Shown here in pieces: positions 35,138-42,277 of a DNA stretch of 45,755 nt. Below the pieces are notes generated by a model. That model was not told where the DNA came from. It did not search any database and worked only from the letters and a program-made list of their open reading frames with translations. This DNA comes from a virus. Lineage: Duplodnaviria; Caudoviricetes. The stretch is taken from IMG/VR virus record IMGVR_UViG_3300023214_000150, positions 1 through 45,755 of that record; one strand, given 5' to 3'. Every line of letters begins with the position of its first letter. The stretch's first letter is position 1. The position numbers and the translations under genes are program-made.

Positions 35138-35715
35138 TATTCGCCGCCCTTCCCAGCTTCCCGAAGCTGCCGGAACGTCTCCCCGTGAACGAGCGTATAG
35201 CCGTGGGCTTCGCTTCCGTAGACGCGAAAGTTGCCGGGGCCGTACTCAGCGATGTCATCGAGCATCTTGACGCGGGTTTCCAGCTTCGGGGCCTCGTGCC
35301 CTTGCCGAGCCCGCTGTATGGCCAGCACGGCGTTGCCGATGTGGAAACAAAGCACATCGCCCCTGATGCCTGAGGTGCTCCGTTCCGTGTTCCGAGGGTG
35401 GCGTCGCAAAGGCCGGGGCAGACCGACATCGCCTCTCTCCGCCATCGGGGCGGCGAGCAAGTCGGGGTAACGGTCGATGATGGCCCGCAGTCGAGTCGGG
35501 CACTGCTGGCTGATGTTATGAATCGCCCTGCGGACTCGGCCCGACAGCTTCCGTACCTGATCCGGGGGGATCGCCGGTGCCTGCTCAGAATGGGATGTCG
35601 GTTGGGTCGATGTCTGCCCCCCGTCTGAGGGCGGCGTTAAGGGCTTCTCGGTCGAGTCCTTGGGGCCGTTGTTTCGGTTCCTCAGATGCGGAAGCTTGTT
35701 TTGAGACTGAGCCAT
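35137..35715 (-). CDS. Hypothetical protein (MAQSQNK...)
   Basis: GGAGA RBS before ATG 35715; stop coupled to the next start; overlaps the upstream gene by 131 nt. Confidence 0.55.
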   Translation of the reverse strand: MAQSQNKLPHLRNRNNGPKDSTEKPLTPPSDGGQTSTQPTSHSEQAPAIPPDQVRKLSGRVRRAIHNISQQCPTRLRAIIDRYPDLLAAPMAERGDVGLPRPLRRHPRNTERSTSGIRGDVLCFHIGNAVLAIQRARQGHEAPKLETRVKMLDDIAEYGPGNFRVYGSEAHGYTLVHGETFRQLREAGKGGE

Positions 35716-36337
35716 GGAGATTCTCCAAATTGAGATCGGGGGCTTCACGAGCAATTAGGTCCTTGCACTCTCGCCGGATGGCGTCGAGCACAACATGCTG
35801 GAGGTTGGCCTTGTCCAAGGCGTCGACGATGTGGACAACGGCCCCAAGCGGCGTGATCTGCTGTCGCAGATCAAGGTTCTCATGGTCTGAGGGGTGCCGG
35901 AACCGGATGTCGAACGGGCTGGCTGCGTCGCCCTGCTCAACCGGCCGGGGCTTCGGCCGCTCAGGCGGCCCCTTACGGCTTTGCTTGGGGGGCGGGCCCT
36001 TCTGCCTGAGACTCGGCTTGTGGGGCGGCGGCCCCTTGCGAGCGGACGGCGTGGGCGTCGATTCGGAGGGCTGCCCGGCCGTTGTCGGCCCCGGCGATTG
36101 TGCTGCGTCCGAATCGTATACCTTTTCCGCCCACGCCGCCCACGCTTCCTTGAGGTCCTTCTTCGTGCGATACGGGCCGTTCTTGTTGACCGAGGCCGCC
36201 CCATTGCCGTCGACCTGCCAACCCCCAGCGACTTCGTTGTTCCATGCGACGGCCGCCAACTTGTTATCACCTCTACCATAGGTGAACTCATATCGGCCAT
36301 CGCCCAATCGTGACGATCGAACCTTGTAGTTTGCCAT
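35585..36337 (-). CDS. Hypothetical protein with KGPP repeats and an SSB-like C-terminal DIPF tip
   Basis: GGAGACCC RBS and its own promoter; ends DIDPTDIPF. Confidence 0.7.
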   Translation of the reverse strand: MANYKVRSSRLGDGRYEFTYGRGDNKLAAVAWNNEVAGGWQVDGNGAASVNKNGPYRTKKDLKEAWAAWAEKVYDSDAAQSPGPTTAGQPSESTPTPSARKGPPPHKPSLRQKGPPPKQSRKGPPERPKPRPVEQGDAASPFDIRFRHPSDHENLDLRQQITPLGAVVHIVDALDKANLQHVVLDAIRRECKDLIAREAPDLNLENLHGSVSKQASASEEPKQRPQGLDREALNAALRRGADIDPTDIPF

Positions 36338-36363
36338 GGTCGGGTCTCCGGGTTTCCGATTCT

Positions 36364-36396
36364 AAAAAGGACTGGCCGGGTTTCCCCGACCGGCCC
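36364..36396 (-). terminator. Hairpin (GAAA loop) plus T5 immediately downstream of a promoter
   Basis: Minus strand GGGGCCGGTCGGG-GAAA-CCCGGCCAGTCC-TTTTT. Confidence 0.55.
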
Positions 36397-36409
36397 CGTG
36401 CTGGGTGGT

Positions 36410-36437
36410 ACTATACCACACCTGCGGCGGATGTCAA
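36410..36437 (-). promoter_or_regulatory. Sigma70-type promoter
   Basis: TTGACA-TCCGCCGCAGGTGTGG (16 bp)-TATAGT. Confidence 0.8.
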
Positions 36438-36655
36438 GCCAAAGCTCCGGCCTCCTGCCACTCCTTGCGGATCGCTTCGATCAGGTGGGGGTCGTCGAGG
36501 GCGACCACGGGGGGTACGACACTGATCGGCTCGATGCTCGGGCCGTCGTCGCCAGCGGTTTCGATGCCGTAGTAGACGCACGCAACGTGAGTCTGCTTGC
36601 AGCCCGTCTTGACAGGGCCTCGGAACGTGTAAGTGGGAACGCCTCGTACTAACAT
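36434..36655 (-). CDS. Hypothetical protein (73 aa)
   Basis: TAAGGAG RBS before ATG 36655. Confidence 0.65.
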   Translation of the reverse strand: MLVRGVPTYTFRGPVKTGCKQTHVACVYYGIETAGDDGPSIEPISVVPPVVALDDPHLIEAIRKEWQEAGALA

Positions 36656-36665
36656 GCGATTCTCC

Positions 36666-36911
36666 TTATGAGCGGGCTTCAAGGATGCACTGGACCAGTC
36701 TGTCTTCATCGTAATCAGGGTGGCAGTCGAGGGACGGGAAAACCGTGTTGATCTGAACCTCGTCCGGGCTGCCGGGGTAGTCGTCGTCGAGGCCGGGGCC
36801 GGGGCCGGTGTGCGGCGACTCGCCGGGGATGAACCAGTAGTCCACTTCCACCGGCACGTCGGTCGACGGGTCCTCGCCGGACCAGATTTCCCGAACCGGC
36901 CACTGGTTCAT
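36666..36911 (-). CDS. Hypothetical protein (81 aa, acidic)
   Basis: ATGA coupling with the upstream gene. Confidence 0.6.
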   Translation of the reverse strand: MNQWPVREIWSGEDPSTDVPVEVDYWFIPGESPHTGPGPGLDDDYPGSPDEVQINTVFPSLDCHPDYDEDRLVQCILEARS

Positions 36912-37147
36912 ACGGCACCCCCAATCGCCACGAGCCGCCGCTGAACCGCGTTTCGATCGGCGGGTTTGACCCGTCTCCGGATTCGTTTTGTGACCCGTCG
37001 CATGGTTGCCTTAGCCCGGCGGCGGTCTGCATGGTTGCTCGGCCTGCTGCGGTCGAGGATTTCGAGGGCCTCTCGGATCGTCTCGGAGCCAGTTTGGCCA
37101 CGGACCGTGCAGCGACAACTTGACCCCATCTTCGATCGCGTTCCCAT
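36908..37147 (-). CDS. Hypothetical basic protein
   Basis: AAGGGG RBS before ATG 37147. Confidence 0.5.
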   Translation of the reverse strand: MGTRSKMGSSCRCTVRGQTGSETIREALEILDRSRPSNHADRRRAKATMRRVTKRIRRRVKPADRNAVQRRLVAIGGAV

Positions 37148-37167
37148 GTTTAAACACCCCTTCGGGA

Positions 37168-37440
37168 TTACTTGCCCCACGTCTTCGGATCGCGGGGGTC
37201 CACCACCTTGAACGTCTTGTGAGGCGGCTTGTGCTTGCAACGATGGCAGATCAACGGCTTACCGAGGGGGTTGAGGTAATCGCCAGCCCACCCCGCTCCA
37301 GCGAGCAAGGCCCCGAACCGACGGTCGTTTTCCTCGCGGTCGTTGGTTGCTCGGATTGGGGCCTCGTATGTCCGCCCACACTTGGAGCACTGAATATGGA
37401 TCGGCGTGGCCCGACCTTTCTGGTCCGCTACTGTTGCCAC
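37168..37440 (-). CDS. Small zinc-finger-like protein
   Basis: CSKC ... CHRC pairs; GTG start abutting the upstream stop. Confidence 0.55.
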   Translation of the reverse strand: MATVADQKGRATPIHIQCSKCGRTYEAPIRATNDREENDRRFGALLAGAGWAGDYLNPLGKPLICHRCKHKPPHKTFKVVDPRDPKTWGK

Positions 37441-37625
37441 TATTCGCTGTCCTCGTAGTCGCCGGGATCGTCGCCGTACTCGGCGTTATACTCGTTCGGG
37501 TCAAAGTGGGCCGGGGCCTCGAACGGTCGCGGCTCATCCATGTGGAGCAGGGAGCCAAGGTCCACGTCCGGGGGGTCGAAGCTAACCAGCCCGTCTTGGT
37601 CGTCTACGGTGTCGAAGGTTCCCAT
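37440..37625 (-). CDS. Very acidic small protein (61 aa)
   Basis: D/E-rich ORF that tiles the operon. Confidence 0.5.
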   Translation of the reverse strand: MGTFDTVDDQDGLVSFDPPDVDLGSLLHMDEPRPFEAPAHFDPNEYNAEYGDDPGDYEDSE

Positions 37626-37637
37626 GGCATGTTCCGA

Positions 37638-37862
37638 TTAGACAGACTGGCCCCTACGGGCGGCATCGTGCCGGCGGATGGCGGCGTAGATCGAACCTAT
37701 TGGTCTGTGGCGTAAGGCGTGCCCCGGCTGGTTGGGGTGGTATTTGAAATACAGAAGCCGGGCCAGCCCCCGTTGGGAAGTGTCGGGGTTTTCCTTGCGG
37801 GCGTTCTCGATCGCCAGAGTTTCGGCCACGTCGTAGCGGGTGCCGGTGTAGTAGTCGTTCAT
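37638..37862 (-). CDS. Hypothetical protein (74 aa, MNDYYTG...)
   Basis: GGAGACCCAAGC-ATG leader; ATGA coupling. Confidence 0.65.
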   Translation of the reverse strand: MNDYYTGTRYDVAETLAIENARKENPDTSQRGLARLLYFKYHPNQPGHALRHRPIGSIYAAIRRHDAARRGQSV

Positions 37863-37996
37863 GCTTGGGTCTCCGTCTGGGTGTGCGGTGTTGCTGCGGT
37901 GGCGTAGGCGGCGGCCCGAGCGGCGTCGGCGGCCATGGCGTAGGTGTCGGCGGCCTTGGCGTAGGTGTTTTTGGCGGCCCTGACGTGGGCATTCAT
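37859..37996 (-). CDS. Ala-rich 45-aa protein, short paralogue of 38935..39237
   Basis: Translated by hand: MNAHVRAAKNTYAKAADTYAMAADAARAAAYATAATPHTQTETQA; GGAGACCCAAGC leader; not in the ORF track. Confidence 0.6.
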   Translation of the reverse strand: MNAHVRAAKNTYAKAADTYAMAADAARAAAYATAATPHTQTETQA

Positions 37997-38184
37997 GCTT
38001 GGGTCTCCAATTCAGGGGTCCGCTGGGCCGCCAACGAGGCAACCCAGTCTTCCCGGGGAATCCACACGTTCTTAGCGTGCTTCTGTTCAGCAGGGTTGCG
38101 GCGTTTGTGCCGCCGCCCCCCTCGGTCAGTGCCCGGCTTGGGGCCGGGGCTGAATCTCGGTTTGTTGTTGCGGTGTCTGGCCAT
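37993..38184 (-). CDS. Basic hypothetical protein (63 aa)
   Basis: GGAGACCCGAAC-ATG leader directly behind the promoter at 38218-38245. Confidence 0.65.
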   Translation of the reverse strand: MARHRNNKPRFSPGPKPGTDRGGRRHKRRNPAEQKHAKNVWIPREDWVASLAAQRTPELETQA

Positions 38185-38217
38185 GTTCGGGTCTCCGGGG
38201 TTGGGGTTCGATGCTCT

Positions 38218-38245
38218 ACTATACCACACCCGCAACGGATGTCAA
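38218..38245 (-). promoter_or_regulatory. Sigma70-type promoter
   Basis: TTGACA-TCCGTTGCGGGTGTGG (16 bp)-TATAGT. Confidence 0.8.
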
Positions 38246-38276
38246 GGTCGCCCGTTGCTGAATATACGAGGCGTGG

Positions 38277-38909
38277 TTAGTCTGCTGTCAGCGTGCCCGA
38301 ACAGGGGCACGGCCATTCGTCGCCATACTCGTCGATCCACTTCGCCGTTGTACGGATGACGCAGCCGCAACGCTCGCACTCCATTTTGAGCAAGCGGGTG
38401 CCCTGCTTCTTCGTGTCGCTGCCGCCGTCAAGCTTGGCGTGAGGGTACTGTCCGAGGTCTTTGGCCCATTCAGCGAGGGTCAGCTTCAACCCCTCGGATG
38501 GTGAGGTTGAGGTCCACGGCTTCACGAGGCCGACCGCTGCCGCACATTCAGCAAAGGGTTTGCGGTGGCCGTGCTCAACGCCGACGACGGTGTGGGCGAC
38601 TTCGTGAATCAGCACCGCCACCACTTCCTCGGGGTCGTCGAGGTACAAGCTGATGATGATTTCGTGGACACCATCGGCAGAGCACTTCGGCGTCCACGTC
38701 TCGCCGATACGCCGGGACTTCTTCGACGTGCCCCCTTGGCTTGGCCAGCCGGTGCTGATCCGAACGTGCTCCGGCACGTCGTAACCGACGGCGGTGAAGT
38801 GACGCCGAACATGGACCATGGCTTCGTTAAGCCACTGCTCTTTCCACCTGTGTTTGGCTTTCAGGTGTCGGGGCGGTCCGGGGTTCTTCTTCTTCTTCTT
38901 TGGGGCCAT
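38277..38909 (-). CDS. SprT-like zinc metalloprotease domain protein
   Basis: VLIHEVAH...GHRKPF plus C-terminal CERC/CPC; GGAGACCCGAAC leader before ATG 38909. Confidence 0.8.
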   Translation of the reverse strand: MAPKKKKKNPGPPRHLKAKHRWKEQWLNEAMVHVRRHFTAVGYDVPEHVRISTGWPSQGGTSKKSRRIGETWTPKCSADGVHEIIISLYLDDPEEVVAVLIHEVAHTVVGVEHGHRKPFAECAAAVGLVKPWTSTSPSEGLKLTLAEWAKDLGQYPHAKLDGGSDTKKQGTRLLKMECERCGCVIRTTAKWIDEYGDEWPCPCSGTLTAD

Positions 38910-38934
38910 GTTCGGGTCTCCGGGGGTTGGGGGG

Positions 38935-39237
38935 TTAGCCGCCATTCCGGCGTCCGGCAACCTTGGCGTCGGCGTAGGCGGCTCTGGCGTAGGCGGCGGC
39001 GTCGGCCTTGGCGGCGTTGGCGTCGGCAACCTTGGCGGCGTCGGCGTCGGCGAAGGCGGCCTTGGCGGCGGCGTCGGCGGCCATGGCGTAGGTGTCGGCG
39101 GCCTTGGCGTAGGCGTCGGCGACCTTGGCGTAGGCGTCGACGACCTTGGCGGCGTCGGTGGAGGCGTCGGCAACCTTGGCGTAGGTGTCGGCGGCCTTGG
39201 CGTAGGTGTCGGCGGCCTTGGCGATACGGGTGTCCAT
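38935..39237 (-). CDS. Ala-rich heptad-repeat protein (100 aa)
   Basis: AAAGGAG RBS; 21-bp repeat encoding AKAADTY/AKVADAY. Confidence 0.65.
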   Translation of the reverse strand: MDTRIAKAADTYAKAADTYAKVADASTDAAKVVDAYAKVADAYAKAADTYAMAADAAAKAAFADADAAKVADANAAKADAAAYARAAYADAKVAGRRNGG

Positions 39238-39271
39238 AATTGCTCCTTTCGATTGCGGTAGTGTGGTCAAC

Positions 39272-39316
39272 GTGACCGACGAATCGACGCCGCACCCGTT
39301 AGGGCGTGGCGTCGAT
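39272..39316. repeat. Repeated intergenic hairpin element, copy A
   Basis: ATCGACGCCGCACCC-GTTA-GGGCGTGGCGTCGAT; other copies at about 42900 and 43160. Confidence 0.85.
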
Positions 39317-39327
39317 GGATTGGGGGG

Positions 39328-39693
39328 TCAGCCGCCAGTCATCGTCAACCGGACGGCTTCTCGCCAGTCTTCCACGTCATGCGACGGGATGTTGGGGTCG
39401 CCAGCGGAGTCGGTCTCGCCGTGGTCGCGGAGCCAGTCGCAGCACTCATCGACGGTCCACTGCTCAACGGGCTTATCACAGCCGCCGGAGCCGTCCGGCT
39501 TCTCCGCCACGTCCACGTCGGCCGCACAAACCTTGTCGCCGAGGTTGGCGAGGACGGCGTTCCGCTGCCCCTTCCGCCGATCGTCGAGGCACAGGGCGGC
39601 CAGCTTATTCGCCCGTTCTTCTGCTTCCTCGCGATTCGTGGCCTCGATGGTGACGGTCGCTCGAATTGTTACGTCGATTGCATACTCCGCCAT
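39328..39693 (-). CDS. Hypothetical protein
   Basis: GGAGG RBS; YAIDVTIRATVTIEATNREEAEERA motif of a kind common in phage early genes. Confidence 0.7.
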   Translation of the reverse strand: MAEYAIDVTIRATVTIEATNREEAEERANKLAALCLDDRRKGQRNAVLANLGDKVCAADVDVAEKPDGSGGCDKPVEQWTVDECCDWLRDHGETDSAGDPNIPSHDVEDWREAVRLTMTGG

Positions 39694-39734
39694 GGTCAAA
39701 CCTCCGGGTCGGGGGTGGGCTCGATTCTGGTGTA

Positions 39735-39763
39735 AACGTACACCATGGATCAGGGGCTGTCAA
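39735..39763 (-). promoter_or_regulatory. Sigma70-type promoter
   Basis: TTGACA-17 bp-TACGTT. Confidence 0.6.
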
Positions 39764-39764
39764 G

Positions 39765-39929
39765 TCAGGCCCGCAATTTTTCTGCGAGGCGGTCGGCGGC
39801 TTCGGCCGGGGCGATTCCTTGCCGGAACATCCGCCGCCACGTCGGAGTCGGCCGAACATATCCGGGGCTGATGTTGTGCTCGCGGGTCAGCCGCCCCGCT
39901 ACTTCGGCCATCCAGTCATTCCACTTCAT
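39765..39929 (-). CDS. Hypothetical protein (54 aa)
   Basis: ATGA coupling to the upstream gene. Confidence 0.55.
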   Translation of the reverse strand: MKWNDWMAEVAGRLTREHNISPGYVRPTPTWRRMFRQGIAPAEAADRLAEKLRA

Positions 39930-40141
39930 CGCTCGCCCCCGGTAAGCTGCTTCCTCCATGCTTCGGCCCAATCCCGCAGCTTGCGGGCGTCCTCTGCGGT
40001 TCGGGGCCAGACCGCCGCCCTGTGGGGCAGGACGCCCACCACTGCAACGGGCTGGCCCGGCTCGGTCGGCACGTCGAGGGATGACACGTCGGGTTCTTCG
40101 TCGTGGCTGGTCTGCCGATAAATGTTCGCGTAGTCCGCCAT
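39926..40141 (-). CDS. Hypothetical protein (71 aa)
   Basis: Corrected start MADYANIY; tiles the operon. Confidence 0.55.
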   Translation of the reverse strand: MADYANIYRQTSHDEEPDVSSLDVPTEPGQPVAVVGVLPHRAAVWPRTAEDARKLRDWAEAWRKQLTGGER

Positions 40142-40229
40142 CGTTGATATTCCAATCAAGGGATGCAGATTACTGGCCAACGCGGCCAGAGAAGCCCGCC
40201 GGTCCCGTTTCCGGGGCAGGCGAGGGGAG

Positions 40230-40427
40230 TCAGTCGTAGTATCCGCAAGCCCTGCGGAAGCGTTCAGCGTCAAACCGGGGGTTGGTGCGTCGCAATTCAG
40301 CGGCCACGTTCTCGATGGTGCGGTCCCACGTCCGCCGCTGGGCGTCCCCGATGTCGTCGGTCTGCGACCGCCGGGGCTTGCTGATTCGCAGAGCTTCGGC
40401 GATGATGGCGTAATGCTTCTTCGTCAT
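40230..40427 (-). CDS. Conserved-type phage hypothetical protein (65 aa)
   Basis: MTKKHYAIIAEAL...NPRFDAERFRRAC motif; AAAGGA RBS. Confidence 0.75.
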   Translation of the reverse strand: MTKKHYAIIAEALRISKPRRSQTDDIGDAQRRTWDRTIENVAAELRRTNPRFDAERFRRACGYYD

Positions 40428-40459
40428 GGTCGATCCTTTGGGGTTTGGGGGGCTGGCGT

Positions 40460-40678
40460 TTATTCTCGCGTATAGGTGCCGTCGGCGTCGACGGCGTAGG
40501 ATCGGTCGGGCAGTGACGCCCAATGCGTCGCGGCGGACCGATATAATTCGATCTGCTCCGGACTGTCTTCGTTGCCGATCAACAGGGCGGCAGCGTAGTC
40601 CTCGATCGGCACGTCAGGCAGGTGGACTTCCCGGAGCCATTGCAGGTCTTCACGTTCGGTTAGCAGGGTACGTCCCAT
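40460..40678 (-). CDS. Hypothetical protein (72 aa)
   Basis: GGAG RBS. Confidence 0.65.
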   Translation of the reverse strand: MGRTLLTEREDLQWLREVHLPDVPIEDYAAALLIGNEDSPEQIELYRSAATHWASLPDRSYAVDADGTYTRE

Positions 40679-40743
40679 CGTAGAATCTCCAAAGCGGGGG
40701 GTTGGCGTCTATTCTCGCCCCCCGCAGGGGGCGGTAATGGACG

Positions 40744-41160
40744 TCAAGCCGAGACCTTGCGGTAGACGCTGGTACCATTGCTCATTCCGCCCACCCGAAC
40801 CATGGCTTGTCCGGGGAACGCATCTTGTAGCAGACGCCGCCACCTGTCGGCGATCTGATAGCCCCATGCCTCAGCTAAGGCGGGAAACCGCCCGTCGTAG
40901 CGGTCGTCTTTGGGGGCCAGTGACACGGACGCACAGCCGCAGTATTCGGCCAGCACGACGTAGGCATGATCGTTTTCGAGGATGGCCTGCCCCTCGCGGT
41001 CGACCCGCTGTTCGCAGTCGTCAAAGCTGGGGTAGTGGTCGCGGATGAGGACTTGTATGTCTTTTCGTAAATCCTCGAATTGCCATTCATCTTCGATGTC
41101 GAGAACGTCAAGGTAGACGGTCGCGACGGCTCCGGGTGGTACGCTTACGCCTCTGCCCAT
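40744..41160 (-). CDS. Conserved-type phage hypothetical protein (138 aa)
   Basis: MGRGVSVP...YPSF...REGQAILEN...EYCGCASV; GGAG RBS. Confidence 0.75.
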   Translation of the reverse strand: MGRGVSVPPGAVATVYLDVLDIEDEWQFEDLRKDIQVLIRDHYPSFDDCEQRVDREGQAILENDHAYVVLAEYCGCASVSLAPKDDRYDGRFPALAEAWGYQIADRWRRLLQDAFPGQAMVRVGGMSNGTSVYRKVSA

Positions 41161-41220
41161 GGTTGATACTCCAAAGTAAGTTTGGGGGCGGGTTAAACGG
41201 TTCGTTTCCGATTCACTCAC

Positions 41221-41249
41221 AACATACAACACGGCTGGGGGCTTGTCAA
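41221..41249 (-). promoter_or_regulatory. Sigma70-type early promoter
   Basis: TTGACA-17 bp-TATGTT. Confidence 0.7.
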
Positions 41250-41250
41250 T

Positions 41251-41568
41251 TCAAACCTTGAAGATTTTTTGAGCCGCTTTGCTGAACCACCGCAACGCTT
41301 CGGCGTAGGTCTGGCGAATCTCGGCGTTGGTCGGCCGATAACTCATAGCCAAGGGGCGAAATTGACTGCTCACCACCGCCCCGTTTTCAACGGTCAGCGT
41401 ATAGCCAGTAGTGACAAGCAACCCCGCGTCATCCGGTCGGGGCGGAAGGTGGAACGGCCGCGACAACAGCACGATGCTTTCACGGCTGCCGTGGGCCGTC
41501 GCGATAATGTCGCCCCGACGTTCTGCCCATTCTTCAACAATCTCTGTTCTGGTCTGCAATTCTAACAT
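41251..41568 (-). CDS. Hypothetical protein (105 aa)
   Basis: GGAG RBS. Confidence 0.65.
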   Translation of the reverse strand: MLELQTRTEIVEEWAERRGDIIATAHGSRESIVLLSRPFHLPPRPDDAGLLVTTGYTLTVENGAVVSSQFRPLAMSYRPTNAEIRQTYAEALRWFSKAAQKIFKV

Positions 41569-41586
41569 AGTAATGCTCCGATTGGG

Positions 41587-41862
41587 TTAGTCGATCCTGC
41601 GGCAAATGCGGATATCGTCACAGCCAAGGCCGACACCAAGGCCACCGACGAACGACTGGAGCCGGTCTAGGTCGACTTCGCTAAGCTGCTCCGGTGGGAT
41701 GGCGTGAACGCGAACGAGCCAATACTGGACTGGCCCGTCGTCTGGCTGGTTCGTCGCATATTCGACGACTACGAAGCTACCGGCGGGCAGCTTCGCCCGA
41801 CCACGCCACGGAGGGCCATGTGTTGTGTCTTGCGTTGTTACGCCGAATAGGTGGTCTGTCAT
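41587..41862 (-). CDS. Hypothetical protein (91 aa)
   Basis: GGAG RBS before ATG 41862. Confidence 0.65.
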   Translation of the reverse strand: MTDHLFGVTTQDTTHGPPWRGRAKLPAGSFVVVEYATNQPDDGPVQYWLVRVHAIPPEQLSEVDLDRLQSFVGGLGVGLGCDDIRICRRID

Positions 41863-41883
41863 GGTCAATACTCCAAAAAAGGG

Positions 41884-42183
41884 TTAGGACAACATCCGGT
41901 TTAACTCGGTGGGCCGATCGTGCTGGAAGCATTCAACGGTCCGGCCGTCGATGCTGGCGATGATATCGAAACCCTGTCGCCTCGCCTCGCGTATGATACG
42001 CTTTGCGGCGGCTTTGGCGTCGGGCGTCGTCTTGCCCACGGTTTCGATACCTAGCCATGTCCGGCGACGTTCGGGCGTTGAAACCCGGATGCAATCGCCT
42101 TTCTTCTTCTCCGGGGCGTGGCGGCTACTCGCTACCGCCCTAACGTTTCCGGCCCGATCAATCCAACAATTCAAGCTATCCAT
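41884..42183 (-). CDS. Hypothetical protein (99 aa)
   Basis: Overlaps the upstream small gene; tiles the operon. Confidence 0.6.
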   Translation of the reverse strand: MDSLNCWIDRAGNVRAVASSRHAPEKKKGDCIRVSTPERRRTWLGIETVGKTTPDAKAAAKRIIREARRQGFDIIASIDGRTVECFQHDRPTELNRMLS

Positions 42184-42277
42184 TCTTCATGCCTTTCACA
42201 GTGACATAGATGAGGCCGACCGCATAGGCGATCAAACCGACGGTTGAAAACGGGTTAGACGCGATATACTCGATCAT
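42176..42277 (-). CDS. Single-TM peptide (33 aa)
   Basis: MIEYIASNPFSTVGLIAYAVGLIYVTVKGMKNG; GGAG RBS, ATGA coupling. Confidence 0.55.
   Translation of the reverse strand: MIEYIASNPFSTVGLIAYAVGLIYVTVKGMKNG

Noticed and set aside
38565-39295. Gly-Val-, Pro-Thr- and Arg-rich long ORFs over the 21-bp repeat (collagen/elastin-like)
   Set aside because: These are alternative-frame shadows of the repeat; only the Ala-rich frame has an RBS and fits the operon. The SprT start is 38909, not 39173.
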